From Mobula hypostoma (lineage: Eukaryota), in assembly GCF_963921235.1 (NCBI RefSeq), contig NC_086097.1, positions 169,448,001 to 169,512,000 on the forward strand: a DNA stretch of 64,000 bases, given 5' to 3'. The notes beneath the pieces are model-generated. The model was not told where the DNA came from. It did no database searches and saw only the letters and a list, made by a program, of their open reading frames with translations. This document shows positions 11,966 to 25,243 of this stretch, in pieces; position 1 is the first letter of the stretch, and each line of letters opens with the position of its first letter. Both the position numbers and the translations under genes were made by a program.

Positions 11966-14655
11966 TGAACACAGAATAGTACAGCACATTACAGACCCTT
12001 CAGCCCACAATGTTGTGCTGACCCTCAAACCCTGCCTCCCATATAACACCCCCACCTTAAATTCCTCCATATACCTGTCTAGTAGTCTCTTAAACTTCAC
12101 GAGTGTATCTGCCTCCACCACTGACTCAGGCAGTGTATTCCACGCACCAACCACTCTCTGAGTAAGAAACCTTCCTCTAATATCCCCCTTGAACTTCCCA
12201 CCCCTTACTTTAAAGCCATGTCCTCTTGTATTGAGCAGCTGTGACCTGGGGAAGAGGCGCTGGCTATCCACTATATCTATTCCTCTTAATATCTTGTATA
12301 CCTCTAGCATGTCTCCTCTCATCCTCCTTCTCTCCAAAGAGTGAAGCCCTAGCTCCCTTAATCTCTGATCATAATCCATACTCTCTAAACCAGGCAGCTT
12401 CCTGGTAAATATTCTCTGTGCCCTTCCTAATTCTTCCACATCCTTCCTATAGTGAGGTGACCAGAAATGGACACAGTACTCCAAGTGCGGCCTAACCAGA
12501 GTTTTATAGAGCTGCATCATTACATCGCAACTCTTAAACTCTATCCCTCGACTTATGAAAGCTAACACTCCATTAGCTTTCTTAACTACCCTATCCACCT
12601 GTGAGGCAACTTTCAGGGATCTGTGGACATGTACCCCGAGATCCCTCTGCTCCTCCACAATATCAAGTATCCTGCCATTTACTTTGTACTCTGCCTTGGA
12701 GTTTGTCCTTCCAAAGTGTACCACCTCACACTTCTCAAGGTTGAACTCCATCTGCCATTTCTCAGCCCACTTCTGCATCCTACCAATGTCTCTCTGCAAC
12801 CTTCGAAAATCCTCTACACTATCTGCAACACCACCAACGTTTGTGTCGTCTGCAAACTTGCCAACCCACCTTTCTACCCCCACATCCAGGTCGTTAATAA
12901 AAATCAAGAAAAGTAGAGGTCCCAGAGCAGATCCTTGTGGGACACCACTAGTCACAATCCTCCAATCTGAATGTACTCCCTCCACCACGACCCTCTGCCT
13001 TCTGCAGCTAAGCCAATTCTGAATCCACCTGGCCAAACTTCCCTGGATCCCATGCCTTCTGATTTTCTGAATAAGCCTACCGTGTGGAACCTTGTCATAT
13101 GCCTTACTAGAATCCATGTAGATCACATCCACTGCACTACCCTCATCTATATGCCTGGTCACCTCCTCAAAGAACTCTATCAGGCTTGTTAGACGATCTG
13201 CCCTTCACAAAGCCATGCTGACTGTCCCTGATCAGACCATGATTCTCTAAATGCCCAGAGATCCTATCTTTAAGCATCTTTTCCAACAGCTTTCCCACCA
13301 CAGACGTTAAGGCTCACTGGTCTATAATTACACAGACTATCCCTACTACCTTTTTTGAACAAGGGGACAACATTCACTTCCCTCCAATCATCTGGTACCA
13401 TTCCCGTGGACAACGAGGACATAAAGATCCTAGCCAGAGGCTCAGAAATCTCTTCCCTCGCCTCGTGGAGCAGCCTGGGGAATACTCCGTCAGGCCCCGG
13501 GGACTTATCCATCCTGATGTATTTTAACAACTCCAACACCTCCTCTCCCTTCATATCAATATGCTCCAGAACATCAACCTCACTCATATTGTCCTCACTA
13601 TCATCAAGTTCCCTCTCATTGGTGAATACCAAAGAGAAGTATTCATTGAGGACCTCGCTCACTTCCACAGCCTCCAGGCACATCTTTCCACCTTTATCTC
13701 TAATCGGTCTTACCTTCACTCCTGTCATCCTTTTGTTCTTCACATAACTGAAGAATGCCTTGGGGTTTTCCTTTACCCTACTCGCCAAGGCCTTCTCATG
13801 CCCCCTTCTTGCTCTTCTCAGCCCCTTCTTAAGCACCTTTCTTGCTTCCCTATATTCCTCAACAGACCCAGCTGATCCTTGCTTCCTAAACCTCATGTAA
13901 GTTGCTTTCTTCAACCTGACTAGATTTTCTACCTCACTTGTTACCCATGGTTCCTTCACCCTACCATTCTTTATCTTCCTCACTGGGACAAATTTATCCC
14001 TAACATCCTGCAAGAGATCTCTGAACATCGACCACATGTCCATAGTACATTTTCCTGCAAAAACATCATCCCAATTCACATCCCCAAGTTCTAGCCTCAT
14101 AGCCTCATAATTTGCCCTTTCCCAATTAAAAATTTTCCTGTCCTCTCTGATTCTATCCTTTTCCATGCTAAAGGCCAGGGAGCGGTGGTCACTGTTCCCC
14201 AGATGCTCACCCACTGAGAGATCTGTGACCTGACCCGGTCATTACTCAGTACTAGATCTAGTATGGCATTCCCCCAGTCGGCCTGTCCACATACTGTGAC
14301 AGGAATCCATCCTGGACACACTTAACAAACTCTGCCCCATCTAAACCCTTGGAACTAATCAGGTACCAATCAATATTAGGGAAGTTAAAGTCACCCATGA
14401 TAACAACCCTGTTATTTTTGCACTTTTCCAAAATCTGCTCCCAATCTGCTCCTCTGTATCTCTGCTGCTACCAGGGGGCCTACAGAATACCCCCAATAGA
14501 GTAACTGCTCCCCTCGTGTTCCTGACTTCCACCCATACTGACTCAAAAGAGGATCCTGCTACATTATCCACCCTTTCTGTAGCTGTAATAGTATCCCTGA
14601 CCAGTAATGCCACCCCTCCTCCCCTTTCTCCCCCTTCTCTATCCCTTTTAAAGAC
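11966..14655 (-). mobile_element. CR1-clade LINE, ORF2 (EN to RT) and 3' tail
   Basis: ORFs with GVPQGSALGP, KFADD, KSPGPDG and GDFNFP motifs; CR1-type 3' end. Confidence 0.92.
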
Positions 14656-15720
14656 CTGACCTTCAACTCATAAGGGAGAACGAGGCAGTCATAGATGAGA
14701 GCTACAGGGAGGTAGTCACACCTAGGCTGTTGGAAGCAAGTCGTTGGGTGACAGTCAGAGGGGGGAAAGCGAAGGTGGGTAGACAGGTAGTGCAGAGCAC
14801 CTCTGTAGCCATTCCCCTGAATAATAAGTTTACCATCCTGGATACCGTTGGCGGGGACAACCGACCAGGTGTGAGCCATGGTGGCAGGGCTCACTGAGTC
14901 TGACTCTGTGGTGCAGAAAAGTGGGACGGAGAAGAGGAGAGCTGTCGTCATTGGAGACTCTATAGTCAGGGGAGCAGACAGGAGATTTTGTGGACCTGAG
15001 AAGGACACCCGCATGGTTTGTTGCCTCCTGGGTGCCAGGGTCTGGGATGCCTCTGACCGGCTGCACAACATCCTGATACGAGAGGGAAAGCAACCAGAAG
15101 TCGTGATACATGTTGGTACCAACGACATAGGCAGGAAGAGGGATGAGGTCCTGAAGTGAGAGTTTCGGGAACTAGGCAGAAGGCTGAAAAACAGGACCTC
15201 AAGGGTGGCGTTCTCAGGATTGCTGCCAGTGCCACGTGACAGTGATGGTAAGAATTGGAGGAGATGGCAGTTGAATGCGTGGCTGAGGAGTTGGTGCAGG
15301 GAGCAGGGTTTTAGATTTTTGGATCATTGGGATCTCTTCTGGGGAAGGTAGGACCTGTACAGACTGGATGGGTTGCACCTGAACTCGAGGGAGAGCCATA
15401 TCCTTGCAGGTAGGTTTGCTAGCATGGTTCGGGACGATTTAAATTAATTTGCAAGGGGGATGGTACCCGGAGCGATAGAGCAGTGAAAGAAGTGCATGGA
15501 GTAAAGCCAGCTCTAACATATAGACAGGCTTTGAGGAAAGAGAAGCAGGATAAAGGGTGTAAAGGTAGGAAGGTAGAAGGGCTAAAGTGTGTGTACCTCA
15601 ATGCAAGAAGCATCAGGAACAAAGGTGAAACTGAGAGCTTGGATGCATACATGGAATTATGATGTAGTGGCCATCGCAGAGACTTGGTTGGCACCAGGGT
15701 AGGAATGGATTCTCAGTATT
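14656..15720 (+). mobile_element. Inverted 5' part of the same CR1 (ORF1 SGNH esterase plus start of ORF2)
   Basis: AVVIGDSIVRG...VIHVGTND esterase motifs, then YLNARSI...ETWLAPG..WILSI, which in CR1 precedes the FKRDRE..GGGVALL start of the minus-strand part. Confidence 0.85.
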
Positions 15721-16230
15721 AATCACATTGTTCAGAACGATTTTATCTAATTGAAGAGATGATTTATCATGAATAAAACAATGCTGACTATCCTTAATCA
15801 ATTCCTGTCTTTCCAAATCCAAATAAACCCTATACCTTGAGATTTTATTTCAATCTTTCCTACTGCTAATGCAAGACTCACTGGCCTATTAGCTACCTGA
15901 TATATCCCTGCTGAAGTCCTTGAATAAAAGAACTAACATTTGCAACCCTCCTGCCAACTGGCATTTCATCTGTGTCAGCAAAGATGCAAAAGTCTCAGTC
16001 ATCTTCTCAGCAATCTGGTAACATCTCATCAGGCCCTGGGCATTTATTGCTCCAAGACATCTTACACCACCTCCTCCTCTTCCATGTAACATACTCTAGA
16101 ACAAGGGCTCCCAACTATTTTTATGCCATAGGCCAATACCATTAAACAAGGAGTCCATGGGCCCAAGATTGGTAACTCCTGCTCTAAAATAACACTATCC
16201 CCTTTCCCTGGGTGCAAATGCAAGAATCTT
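15721..16230 (-). mobile_element. Older degraded CR1 RT fragment (target of the inverted CR1)
   Basis: ELIKDSQHCFIHDKS resembles LIRDSQHGF.KGKS. Continues the degraded fragment at about 11870-11965. Confidence 0.6.
16102..16181. mobile_element. 80-bp hAT (Charlie-like) MITE
   Basis: TIRs CAAGGGCTCCCAA / TTGGTAACTCCTG. 8-bp TSD CTCTAGAA (16094-16101) and CTCTAAAA (16182-16189). Confidence 0.75.
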
Positions 16231-17049
16231 TCTCTGTTGTTGCTGGATTTGCTGTGAAATCCAGCAGCAGTTAAAATGGAAATTACTCAGCTGAAGTCAT
16301 TGGAAGCTCAATGAACCAATTCAAATAAATAAAGACCGACTGCAAGGATGGAAGCATTAGATGATTTTTTTTTTAAAAAACTTAATTTGGTTATGTGTTC
16401 AAATTTCTCCAATATTTGCATTTTCATCTTAAATTGCCAGAGAAAATGTTTTAAAAGAAAATGCATTTGATTATTTGTGAATAGGACACATCTGAGCATT
16501 GAATCACCAATGTTTTAACACCTGGCAAACCCAGGATGTTGCTTAATCCGCTGTCATACATCTGCACTCATAAAAAACTGTAATGGGCAGGGAATGGTTA
16601 ATCAGTTTGGAACTGGTTTATATATGGTGTTTGTTCTGTAGAACCAAGCTAGAGTGTTTAACGGGCATAGAGCCTAAGAGCTCAAGCACCTGTTGCTCAG
16701 CAGAAAACTGCCATTATATGAGGTTTGCTTATTTACATTAAATCTTCAATCACACAGCAAAACTAAGCCTTTATCCATGAAGTGCTCTGCGGCTTGAATG
16801 GCATCAAAAAAAAACTTACTGTGGTTCTGAAGCTCATGCACCAGTGAGAAATAATGCAACAAATTACATTATATGCTATATATAAAAAGGCGATGCTCAT
16901 AGTATTAACGGCTATCCCATCTGATCAACTGAAAACAGTTTTGACAGCTGGTTGTATAATTGGCAGTTTACTATAGCAGTTGCAATTTGTACTGAGCACT
17001 AAAAAAGTTAAACCAAAAGGAAGGCTGAAGCATCCATAACCTTTGAGGG

Positions 17050-17965
17050 AGGTCAAGGGAAGTCACACAATAGTCTTCATTGAGGGGTCAGCAGTGGAAA
17101 GTGTGAGAAGTTTGAAGTTCCTGGATGCAAACATTGCTGAAGATGCTGGGCCCAACATATTGATGCAATTACAAAGAATAATATATCAGTGACTATATTT
17201 CATTAGGGATTTTGAAGAATATTGCTGAAAATTCTAGCAAATTTCTGAAGATGTACCATGAAGAGTATTCTAACTGGTTGTATCACCATCAGGTATTGAG
17301 GAGCCATTTCACAGGATTGGTAAAAACTGCAGACTCCTAAACTTATGCAGTTCCATTATGGGCACCTGCCTCCCCAGCATCAAGGACATCTTCAAAAGGC
17401 GATGCCTCAAAAAGGCAGCATCCATCATTAAGGACACCCCCCAACCCCCACCCCCATGATCCAGAATATCTTTTCAAGTCCATTATCCCTACTGGGGCAT
17501 AGGCCCAGCTTGCCTTCGTCCTCTACCTGTGGCCAATCTTTTAGTCTTTCAGGATGTAGCCCCTTCTTCCAGTGAGTAGTTCTTTGGAGCTTCTGCTGGC
17601 ACTTCTTTGGTGCTGGGTTTTTAATAAGATAGGGTAGCTAGCCCCACTCCCAACCCTCCTCCTCCTTTTACAGCCAGGCTTGGGACCGTCCACGGCAAAG
17701 TTATCACCCAGGATATGCTTTTCTCTTATTATTACCATCAGAGAGGAGGTAAAGAAGCTTAAGAAATGTACTCAACATTTTAGTAACACTTCTTCTCCTC
17801 TGCCATCAAATTTCTGAATGGACAATGAACCAACCCATGAACAATACCGAACTATTTTTGATTTTTTTGCACTACTTCATTTTTTTTTAAAATGTGTTGC
17901 ACAGTGCTGCTACCTCTAGACAAATTTCACGGCATATTATCAGTGATATTAAACCTGATTCTGAT
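17050..17965 (+). mobile_element. Degraded Rex1/Babar-like LINE 3' fragment with an internal insertion
   Basis: Homologous to the other Rex/Babar fragments (AAGGCAGCATCCATCATTAAGGAC; tail AAACCTGATTCTGAT). Confidence 0.6.
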
Positions 17966-20900
17966 CCCTCTTCAGTCAGAAATTACAGAAGATTGTTTCT
18001 TCTTGTTGTTCTCCAAGGTTATACTTAAGTCAATGATAAATTGTTTTCCACTTCCTGAGCTCAATACATTTACTGTTATGATATACTTGTACATGCACTC
18101 GTGAGCAGATGATTAAAGTTGGTGCACATGTGCCAATGTTTTCATCTGAAATATCTGTCTCGAAACATGGTGGCAGCGGTGAGGCTCGGAAAATTGCCTT
18201 TTTCAACCGCAGCGCCCGATTTTTTCAACTTGCAGTTGACAGCATAATAATAGCTCAACTCTGAAACATCGGAGGGTGAGTGTAAGAGTAGAAAATTGTC
18301 GACCGAGACAAGCAACCAGCCACCAGCCACAAATAGAGATGGGTGCAGTAGCAATACCTGGAGGTGAGACAGCAGAATCTCAGCGGCACCCAACACCCGC
18401 AGGCGATCCCATGCTGGGGAACCATGGTCGGGGCAAAAGTCCTCCCCCAGTCAGCGGCATCTGCCCGCCACCAACTGTGACAGTCAACCGCGGGGTGATA
18501 GACGGATGGAAGACATAGCGGCAGATGTGGACTAACTACAGTGTTGTAGCACAACTGCACAAACAGGTTCCAGCGTACTTGATGGCATTATTTTTACATA
18601 CAATTGGACCGTCAGGACTTGAGGTCTACAACAGTTCTGTGTTTGCAGATGAGGCTGAAGGCCAAGAAGACCTCAAAGATTTTAGCTGCATTTGACAGAT
18701 ATGCTATCGGTGAGAAAAATGAGACATATGAACTGTACTTGTTCAACAAGCGGCAACAAGAACAAGGTGAGACCTTTCAATCGTTTCTTGCCAACCTTAG
18801 ATCTCTTGCAAAGACGTCATTTTTGCTCGTGTATGTCAGTCTGCTGAGAGACAAGATCATACTGGGCATTAATGACTCCCAAACCAAAAAACGTGTTACA
18901 AGAGAGAAAGCAATTGCTCAATGACTGCATTGACATTTGTAAAAGCACAGAAATAGCTGAAGCATTCAGTACAGCTGCAGATAGCAGTTCCGCTACTGTC
19001 CATGGGATTAAACCTCACACTAACAAGAAAGGTCCAAAGCATCCTGGACAGAAGGCTAGTGCTAGTGGTGGAGCCAGAGCAAGAGGCACCTTGAACAGCC
19101 ACAGAAGCAAAGTGAACCCTTGCAAGTACTGTGGCATGGAACATGCAAGAGACGAGCAACAATGCCCAGCATACAGACAGGTGTGCAAGGCGTGTGGCAT
19201 TCGAAATCACTTTGCAAAGGTGTGCAAGCAGAAGCCCGGGCATGGGGTGGAAGCACAAAGCAATGACCAAACCGACAGTGACAGCAGCACCGAGTTTATC
19301 AACAATGTCACACTGCTGGTCAGCAGCTTGAAGACAAAGGATGACGTATTTGCACAGATGCTCATCAATGGAAAGCCAACAGACTTCCAAGCCGACAGCG
19401 GGGCGAGCAGTAACATTTTATCCCGCAAATACTTGGAGGGAGTAGACCACTCACTAAGACAATGCACAAAAAAGCTGATGATATGGAACAAGACCACCAT
19501 GGATGCAGTAGGGATGTGTAGAGTGAAACTGCGTAACCCCATGACGAACCGCAAGTATTCTGTCGAATTTGTCATGGTCGCTGACGACTTTACACCATTG
19601 CCAGCCAGCAAATGAATCTGATTACAGTCAACGATGACAACTTTCGCAGGGTGCATGCATCTACACTTAAAGAAAAACAATGCACACCAGCAGAACGCTA
19701 TGCAGAGGTGTTCGATGATACGCTCGGGGAGCTTCCGGATGCAGCCCACCTGCAGATTGATGAGGAAGTTCAACCTACAGTGTTACCCCCATGATGTCTA
19801 CCTCACGCTATGAAGCGGGAAGTGAAAGCTGAGCTCGATCAACTGGTAGACCGCAAGGTGATAGCTCCAGTCCATGAACCTACAAGGTGGGTTAGCCAGT
19901 TAGTAGTCGCAGAGAACAAGAACGGCAGTCTTCATATATGCATCGACCCTTGACCATTGAACAAAGCGCTGAGGAGAGAACACTACCCCCTTCTGGTGAT
20001 AGAGGACATTTTGCCAGATCTTGACCAGGCTAAGGTTTTCAGCAAGCTTGACAGGAGTTCTGCATTCTGGCAAGTGAAATTGGACAGTGAATCGAGCGTG
20101 CTCACCACTTTCAACACACCTTTCGGGCAGTATAGATGGCTCAGACTCCTGTTTGGAACCAGCGTTTCATCAGTGATCTTCCAGCGCAGGCTGCATCAGG
20201 CGCTGGAAGGACTACCAGGAGTGATCTACGTCACAGACGGCATTCTGGTGTACGAAAAAGGGGAAACACAGGAAAAGGCAATCGCCGATCAGGATGTGAA
20301 ACTTGAGCAGCTATTACAGCGTTGTATATCAGGCTCAACAAGAATAAATCTGTCTTCAGAGGGACAGAGGTACCCTTTTTGGGGCATCTCATCACAAGTG
20401 AGGGACTTCAGCCTGATCCTAAAAAGGTCGCTGACGTTCTCAACATGCCAGCACCCACGGATGTGCAGGGAGTGCAGTGATTGATCGGATTTGTCAACTA
20501 CCTGAGCCGTTTTCTACCAAGTCTCTCAGATACCCTTGAGCCAATAAGACAGCTGACAAAGCCAGATGTAGCATGGGAGTGGTCAGCTGAGCAGCAAAAC
20601 GCTCTCTCAAGATCAAGCAGATGGTATCCGAAGCACCGGTGTTAGCATACTACAATTCTAAGGAAAAGCTAACCATCCAATGTGACGCCAGCAACCAAGG
20701 CCTAGGGGCAGCACTCCTCCAGAATGGATGTCCGATCGCATATGCAAGCAGAGCGCTAACGGACACAGAAACGCATTACGCAGTGACCGAAAAGCCAATG
20801 CTCGCAATCATTTTCGCACTTGAGCGTTTTCATCAATACACTTTTGGCCACTTCACAAGAGTACTCAGTGATCACAAGCCGCTCGAAATGATAGTTAAGA

Positions 20901-22101
20901 AGCCGTTGGTGAAGGCACCAAAGCGCCTACAGGGAGTTCTTCTTCACCTGCAAAGCTATAACTTGACATCACCTACCGTCAAGGAAAGCTCATGCACCTC
21001 GCGGATACACTATCGCGAGCAGTCAGCAGTACTCCAGGCCAGGAGAACAGCTTCAACGAAGTCTACATGCTTTCGCACCTGCCAATCCGCGATGAGAGTC
21101 TAGAACAGATCCGCACAGAAACAGCGAAAGATGACACACTATTGATGTTGAAACGCATAATCATCAGTGGATGGCCAAGTGAACGTGACGTGCTACCAGA
21201 GCAACTTATACCTTACTATAGCTATAGGGATGAACTCACAATCCAAGACGGCTTAATCTTCAAAGGTGAGTGTGTCATCATATCACAAAGTGAGCGAAAG
21301 CAAATGAAGGAAAGAATTCATTCGTCACACTTGGGCGTAGAAGGATGCCTTAGACGTGCATGCGAATGACTTTTTTGGCCGGGCATGAGCAGCGACATCA
21401 AGCAATATATTGCTACATGTGATATTTGTTGCACATACGAAATGAGTCAGCAGAAAGAATTGCTTATGAGTTATGAGGTACCTGCTCGGCCATGGGAAAA
21501 GATAGGTACCGACTTGTTTGCATACGAAGAAAAAGAGTACCTTGTCACCGTTGATTACTACAGCAACTTCTTCAAGGTAGATCTTCTTTGCGATATGACC
21601 AGCGCAGCCGTTATTCACAAATTGAAGGCTCATTTTGCGAGATATGGTAGCCCAACACAAGTGGTTAGTGATAATGGGCCACAATACACATCAGTGGAGT
21701 TTCACGGATTTGCACGAGAATGGGATTTTGAGCACTTGTGTTGCAGCCCCAGAAATAGCAGAGCGAATGGAAAAGCTGAATCAGCAGTCAAAACAGCTAA
21801 GCGGATCCTCACAAAGAGCAACAAATTGCGAGCAGATCCCTACCTCGCACTTCTTGACCATCGCAACACACCTTCGCAAAGGCTCAGCACAAGTCCTGCC
21901 CAGCAACTGATGAATCGCCACACACACACGCTCCTGCCTACAAGAACGAGTTTACTGGAACCCAGAGTTGTACACGAACGCGAGCATATGAAACAACACG
22001 TCCAGCAGCAGGTCAACAATTACAACAAATCAGCCAAAGATCTTGCCCCACTCGACGAAGGGGACACCGTGTGCAAGGTAAAAAGAATTGGGAGAAAACA
22101 A

Positions 22102-22400
22102 TGCACATCAAAGTTGCTGGTGAACGCAGCAAGCCAGGCAGCATCTCCAGGAGGAGGTACAGTTGACGTTTTGGGCCGAGACCCTTCGTCCTCCCCCTCC
22201 TGTCTTCTCCTATCATTTTGGGTCTCCCCCTCCCCCTTTCAAATCTCTTACTAGCTCTTCTTTCAGTTAGTCCTGACGAAGGGTCTCGGCCCGAAACGTC
22301 GACTGTACCTCTTCCTAGAGATGCTGCCCGGCCTGCTGTGTTCACCAGCAACTTTGATGTGTGTTGCTTGAATTTCCAGCATCTGCAGATTTCCTCGTGT
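22102..22400 (+). mobile_element. PLE fold-back element #2, inserted in the Gypsy integrase
   Basis: Inverted arms. TSD TTGGGAGAAA(A/G)CAA at 22088-22101 and 22401-22414. Confidence 0.88.
22269..22304 (+). ncRNA. Minimal hammerhead ribozyme motif
   Basis: AGTC-CTGACGA-AGGGTCTCGGCCC-GAAA-C-GTC-GACT, intact. Confidence 0.72.
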
Positions 22401-22991
22401 TTGGGAGAAAGCAACTGTGTGTCGGCGCCTTGATGAGCATGCATATGTAGTTCAAACCCCTTATGGTATCTACCGACATAATCGCACACATCTACGAAAG
22501 ACGGCTCAGGAACCGCCTGAAAAGCTAATCACATATGAACAGGCCTAGGTCAAACAACCGAGATCAATGACCCCAGTGTGCCTACCACATCAAATGCACT
22601 AGCAGAGGCTAATGACAATGACTACAGTCTGCCTATCGCATCAAATACACACAGCCAAATAATAGCAGAGGCTAATGACACAACACAAACGTTGAAACAT
22701 GCAAATAACAAACAACAGGATTCGGACAAAACAGTAAAAAGTCGTTCTGGCAGCACAGTGAAAAGGCCACAATATCAAGACGACTTTATCCCACATTGAA
22801 TAATTGCATGAACAATTGAACAATAAGTCTGTGACACTACTTGGCATTTTAATGTCATGTTTATACTCAAAGAAGGACCATGTCCTATTTGAGGTTGTGT
22901 ACTTTGTAGTTCGAAGTTAAAGTCGAATTTTAGTATGTTTTATATTTTGTATATAAGCTCATACAAACGGAAATGAGTGGTATGTATTTGT

Positions 22992-23188
22992 AGCAGGCCA
23001 GGCAGCATCACTAGGAAGAGGTGCAGTCGACGTTTCAGGCCGAGAACCTTCGTCAGGCCCTGATGAAGGGTCTCGGCCTGAAACGTCGACTGCACCGCTT
23101 CCTAGCGATGCTGCCTGGCCTGCTGCGTTCACCAGCAACTTTTATGTGTGTTGCTTGAATTTCCAGCATCTGCAGAATTTCGGTTGTT
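22992..23188 (+). mobile_element. PLE fold-back element #3, inserted in the Gypsy 3' region
   Basis: Near-perfect hairpin with almost no loop. TSD TGGTATGTATTTGT at 22978-22991 and 23189-23202. Confidence 0.88.
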
Positions 23189-23521
23189 TGGTATGTATTT
23201 GTGACAGGCATAAGAGACATAAAGCATGATTAATGAATGCTTTGAAAGTTAATTCCATGAAAATACACTGGAAAGCAGACTTCAGAGAAATTGAATTTAA
23301 TTCTCAATTGTTCCTTTTCTTTGTTTTGATAAAAGGAGGGATGTTATGATATACTTGTACATGCACTCGTGAGCAGATAATTAAAGTTGGTGCGCATGCG
23401 CTGTTGTTTTTATCCGAAATATCTGTCTCGAAACATTTACCAAGGATTACTGGTGGGGGGAGAAAAGGTAGCATTTTAATCAAATAAATACTATGCATTG
23501 TAAAACTGTCAATATATTAAG

Positions 23522-24092
23522 CCATAGTCATACTTTATTGATCCCAGGGGAAATTGGTTTTCATTACAGTTGCACCATAAATAATAAATAGTAATAAAAA
23601 TAGTAATAGTAATATTACTATTAGTAGATAGTAAATAGTCATAGAAATAATAAATAGTAATAGAAAATAGTAATAAATAGTTAAATAGTAATATGTAAAT
23701 TATGCCAGTAAACTATGAAATAAGTCCAGGACCAGCCTATCGGCTCGGGGTGTCTGACCCTCCAAGGGAGGAGTTGTAAAGTTTGATGGCCACAGGCGGG
23801 AATGACTTCCTATGACGCTCTGTGCTGCATCTCGGAGGAATGAGTCTCTGGCTGAATATACTCCTGTGCCCACCCAGTACATTATGTAGTGGATGGGAGA
23901 CATTGACCAAGATGGCATGCAACTTTGACAGCATCCTCTTTTCAGACACCACCGTGAGAGCGTCCAGTTCCATCCCCACAACATCACTGGCCTTACGAAT
24001 GAATTTGTTGATTCTGTTGGTGTCTGCTATCCTCAGCCTGCTGCCCCAGCACACAACAGCAAACATGATAGCACTGGCCACCACAGACTCGT
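23522..24092 (-). mobile_element. Rex1/Babar-like LINE 3' fragment, with an AT-rich low-complexity tract at 23578-23700
   Basis: VASAIMFAVVCWGS...HPLH...RCSTERHRKSF C-terminal motif. Confidence 0.78.
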
Positions 24093-24254
24093 AAAGGAGA
24101 CAGGCAGGTACATGGATAGTACAGATGTGGAGGATTTAGGCCAAATACAAGAAAATGGGACTAGCTTTAGATATGCACCTTGTTCAGCATGAACGAGTTT
24201 GGCTGTGGGGACTGTCCCTGTGCTGCAAAACTCTGTAAAGGTATTTCTATTAGA

Positions 24255-24789
24255 TGAGGAACTGGGGACATAAAAAAATCATTTTGAACCAATGTAACCT
24301 CTGGCTAAAAGAATAATTGGGACTGAATAGGAATTTTGGAACTGAAGTAAACTCTGTCTTCAGCAGTTAGCTAAAACTGGCTTATACTAGTTCTCCCTTG
24401 GTTTGCAGAGACATCGAGAGTTTGATAACATTGTACATTGTACCCTTGTTTGAGTAGGGGAAGGAGGACTCACCGATAAGGATAGGTATGAACATCTATC
24501 TGTAATTAAGTCAGGGCCTAGCAAAGGGAATAACTGATAAGGACTGCACAGCACATCCATCTGTAATTAAGCCTTGACCTAGCAGACTCTCTTATCTGTA
24601 ACTAAGTTTCACACCAATAGACTTGGTGGGCATACCAGTTCTAATGACATCTTGCAACAGTAATGTATGGGGCTTACTATGTATAAATATATAGCTGTAA
24701 CCAGAGAGAGTGGGCCCACTTGTCGGAAATAAACTGATGTAACTATAAGAAGCTGGTCTCCCAAGTTTTATTCAGATTCAACTTTAACA
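24255..24789 (+). mobile_element. Solo LTR (535 bp; ERV- or Gypsy-type)
   Basis: TG..CA ends. 4-bp TSD TAGA at 24251-24254 and 24790-24793. TATAAA near 24682, AATAAA near 24728, and internal repeats of ATCTGTAA(T/C)TAAG. Confidence 0.65.
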
Positions 24790-25243
24790 TAGACATGATT
24801 AAGTCAACTCCTAATTTAAGTCCAGCAATTTCAAAATCAGTAATTAGAATAAAAATGAGCAATAACTATTAACTTCTGCAACTTTTTTTTTTAAAACAAA
24901 TGAATTCCAAGGAAAATGTTCTCATTAGCGAAATCAGGATAGAAACCACTGGGAGTGTGTACATAATGTAACCGGAGAAATTTTAGGCCCATAATCACTC
25001 AAACTTTAAGCTAAGGAGAGAAAGTAGTAAAATGAAACAAATCAGAAAAAAAAAACTCCTTTTGGGACAAATGCTCATGACGATATGCAGAATAAGGCAG
25101 CTGTTCCATTACTTCAGAGTACATTAACAGCAAATTAAATTTTATTTGCCGTTATATTTGATGAAACATTTGGCACCGATGTGTGGTGTACATATTTGAC
25201 GACAGAGCTTTCCCTAGTGACCCCTTGTTGAAATACTGATTAC

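Larger units (their letters stand above)
18074..23435 (+). mobile_element. Full-length but mutated Ty3/Gypsy (Mag-like) LTR retrotransposon
   Basis: 94-bp LTRs at 18074-18167 and 23342-23435 (TG..CA). 5-bp TSD TTTAC. PBS TGGTGGCAGCGGTG (tRNA-Leu-like). PPT AAAAGGAGGGA. Gag zinc knuckles, protease DSGA, RT, RNase H (CDAS) and integrase (SDNGPQY, NGKAESAV) in Gypsy order, with stops and frameshifts. Confidence 0.95.

Noticed and set aside
11936..15733. ATCACATTG(C/T)TC as TSD of the inverted CR1
   Set aside because: The left copy is about 18 nt away from the element end, and both copies lie in an older CR1 remnant. Probably coincidental.
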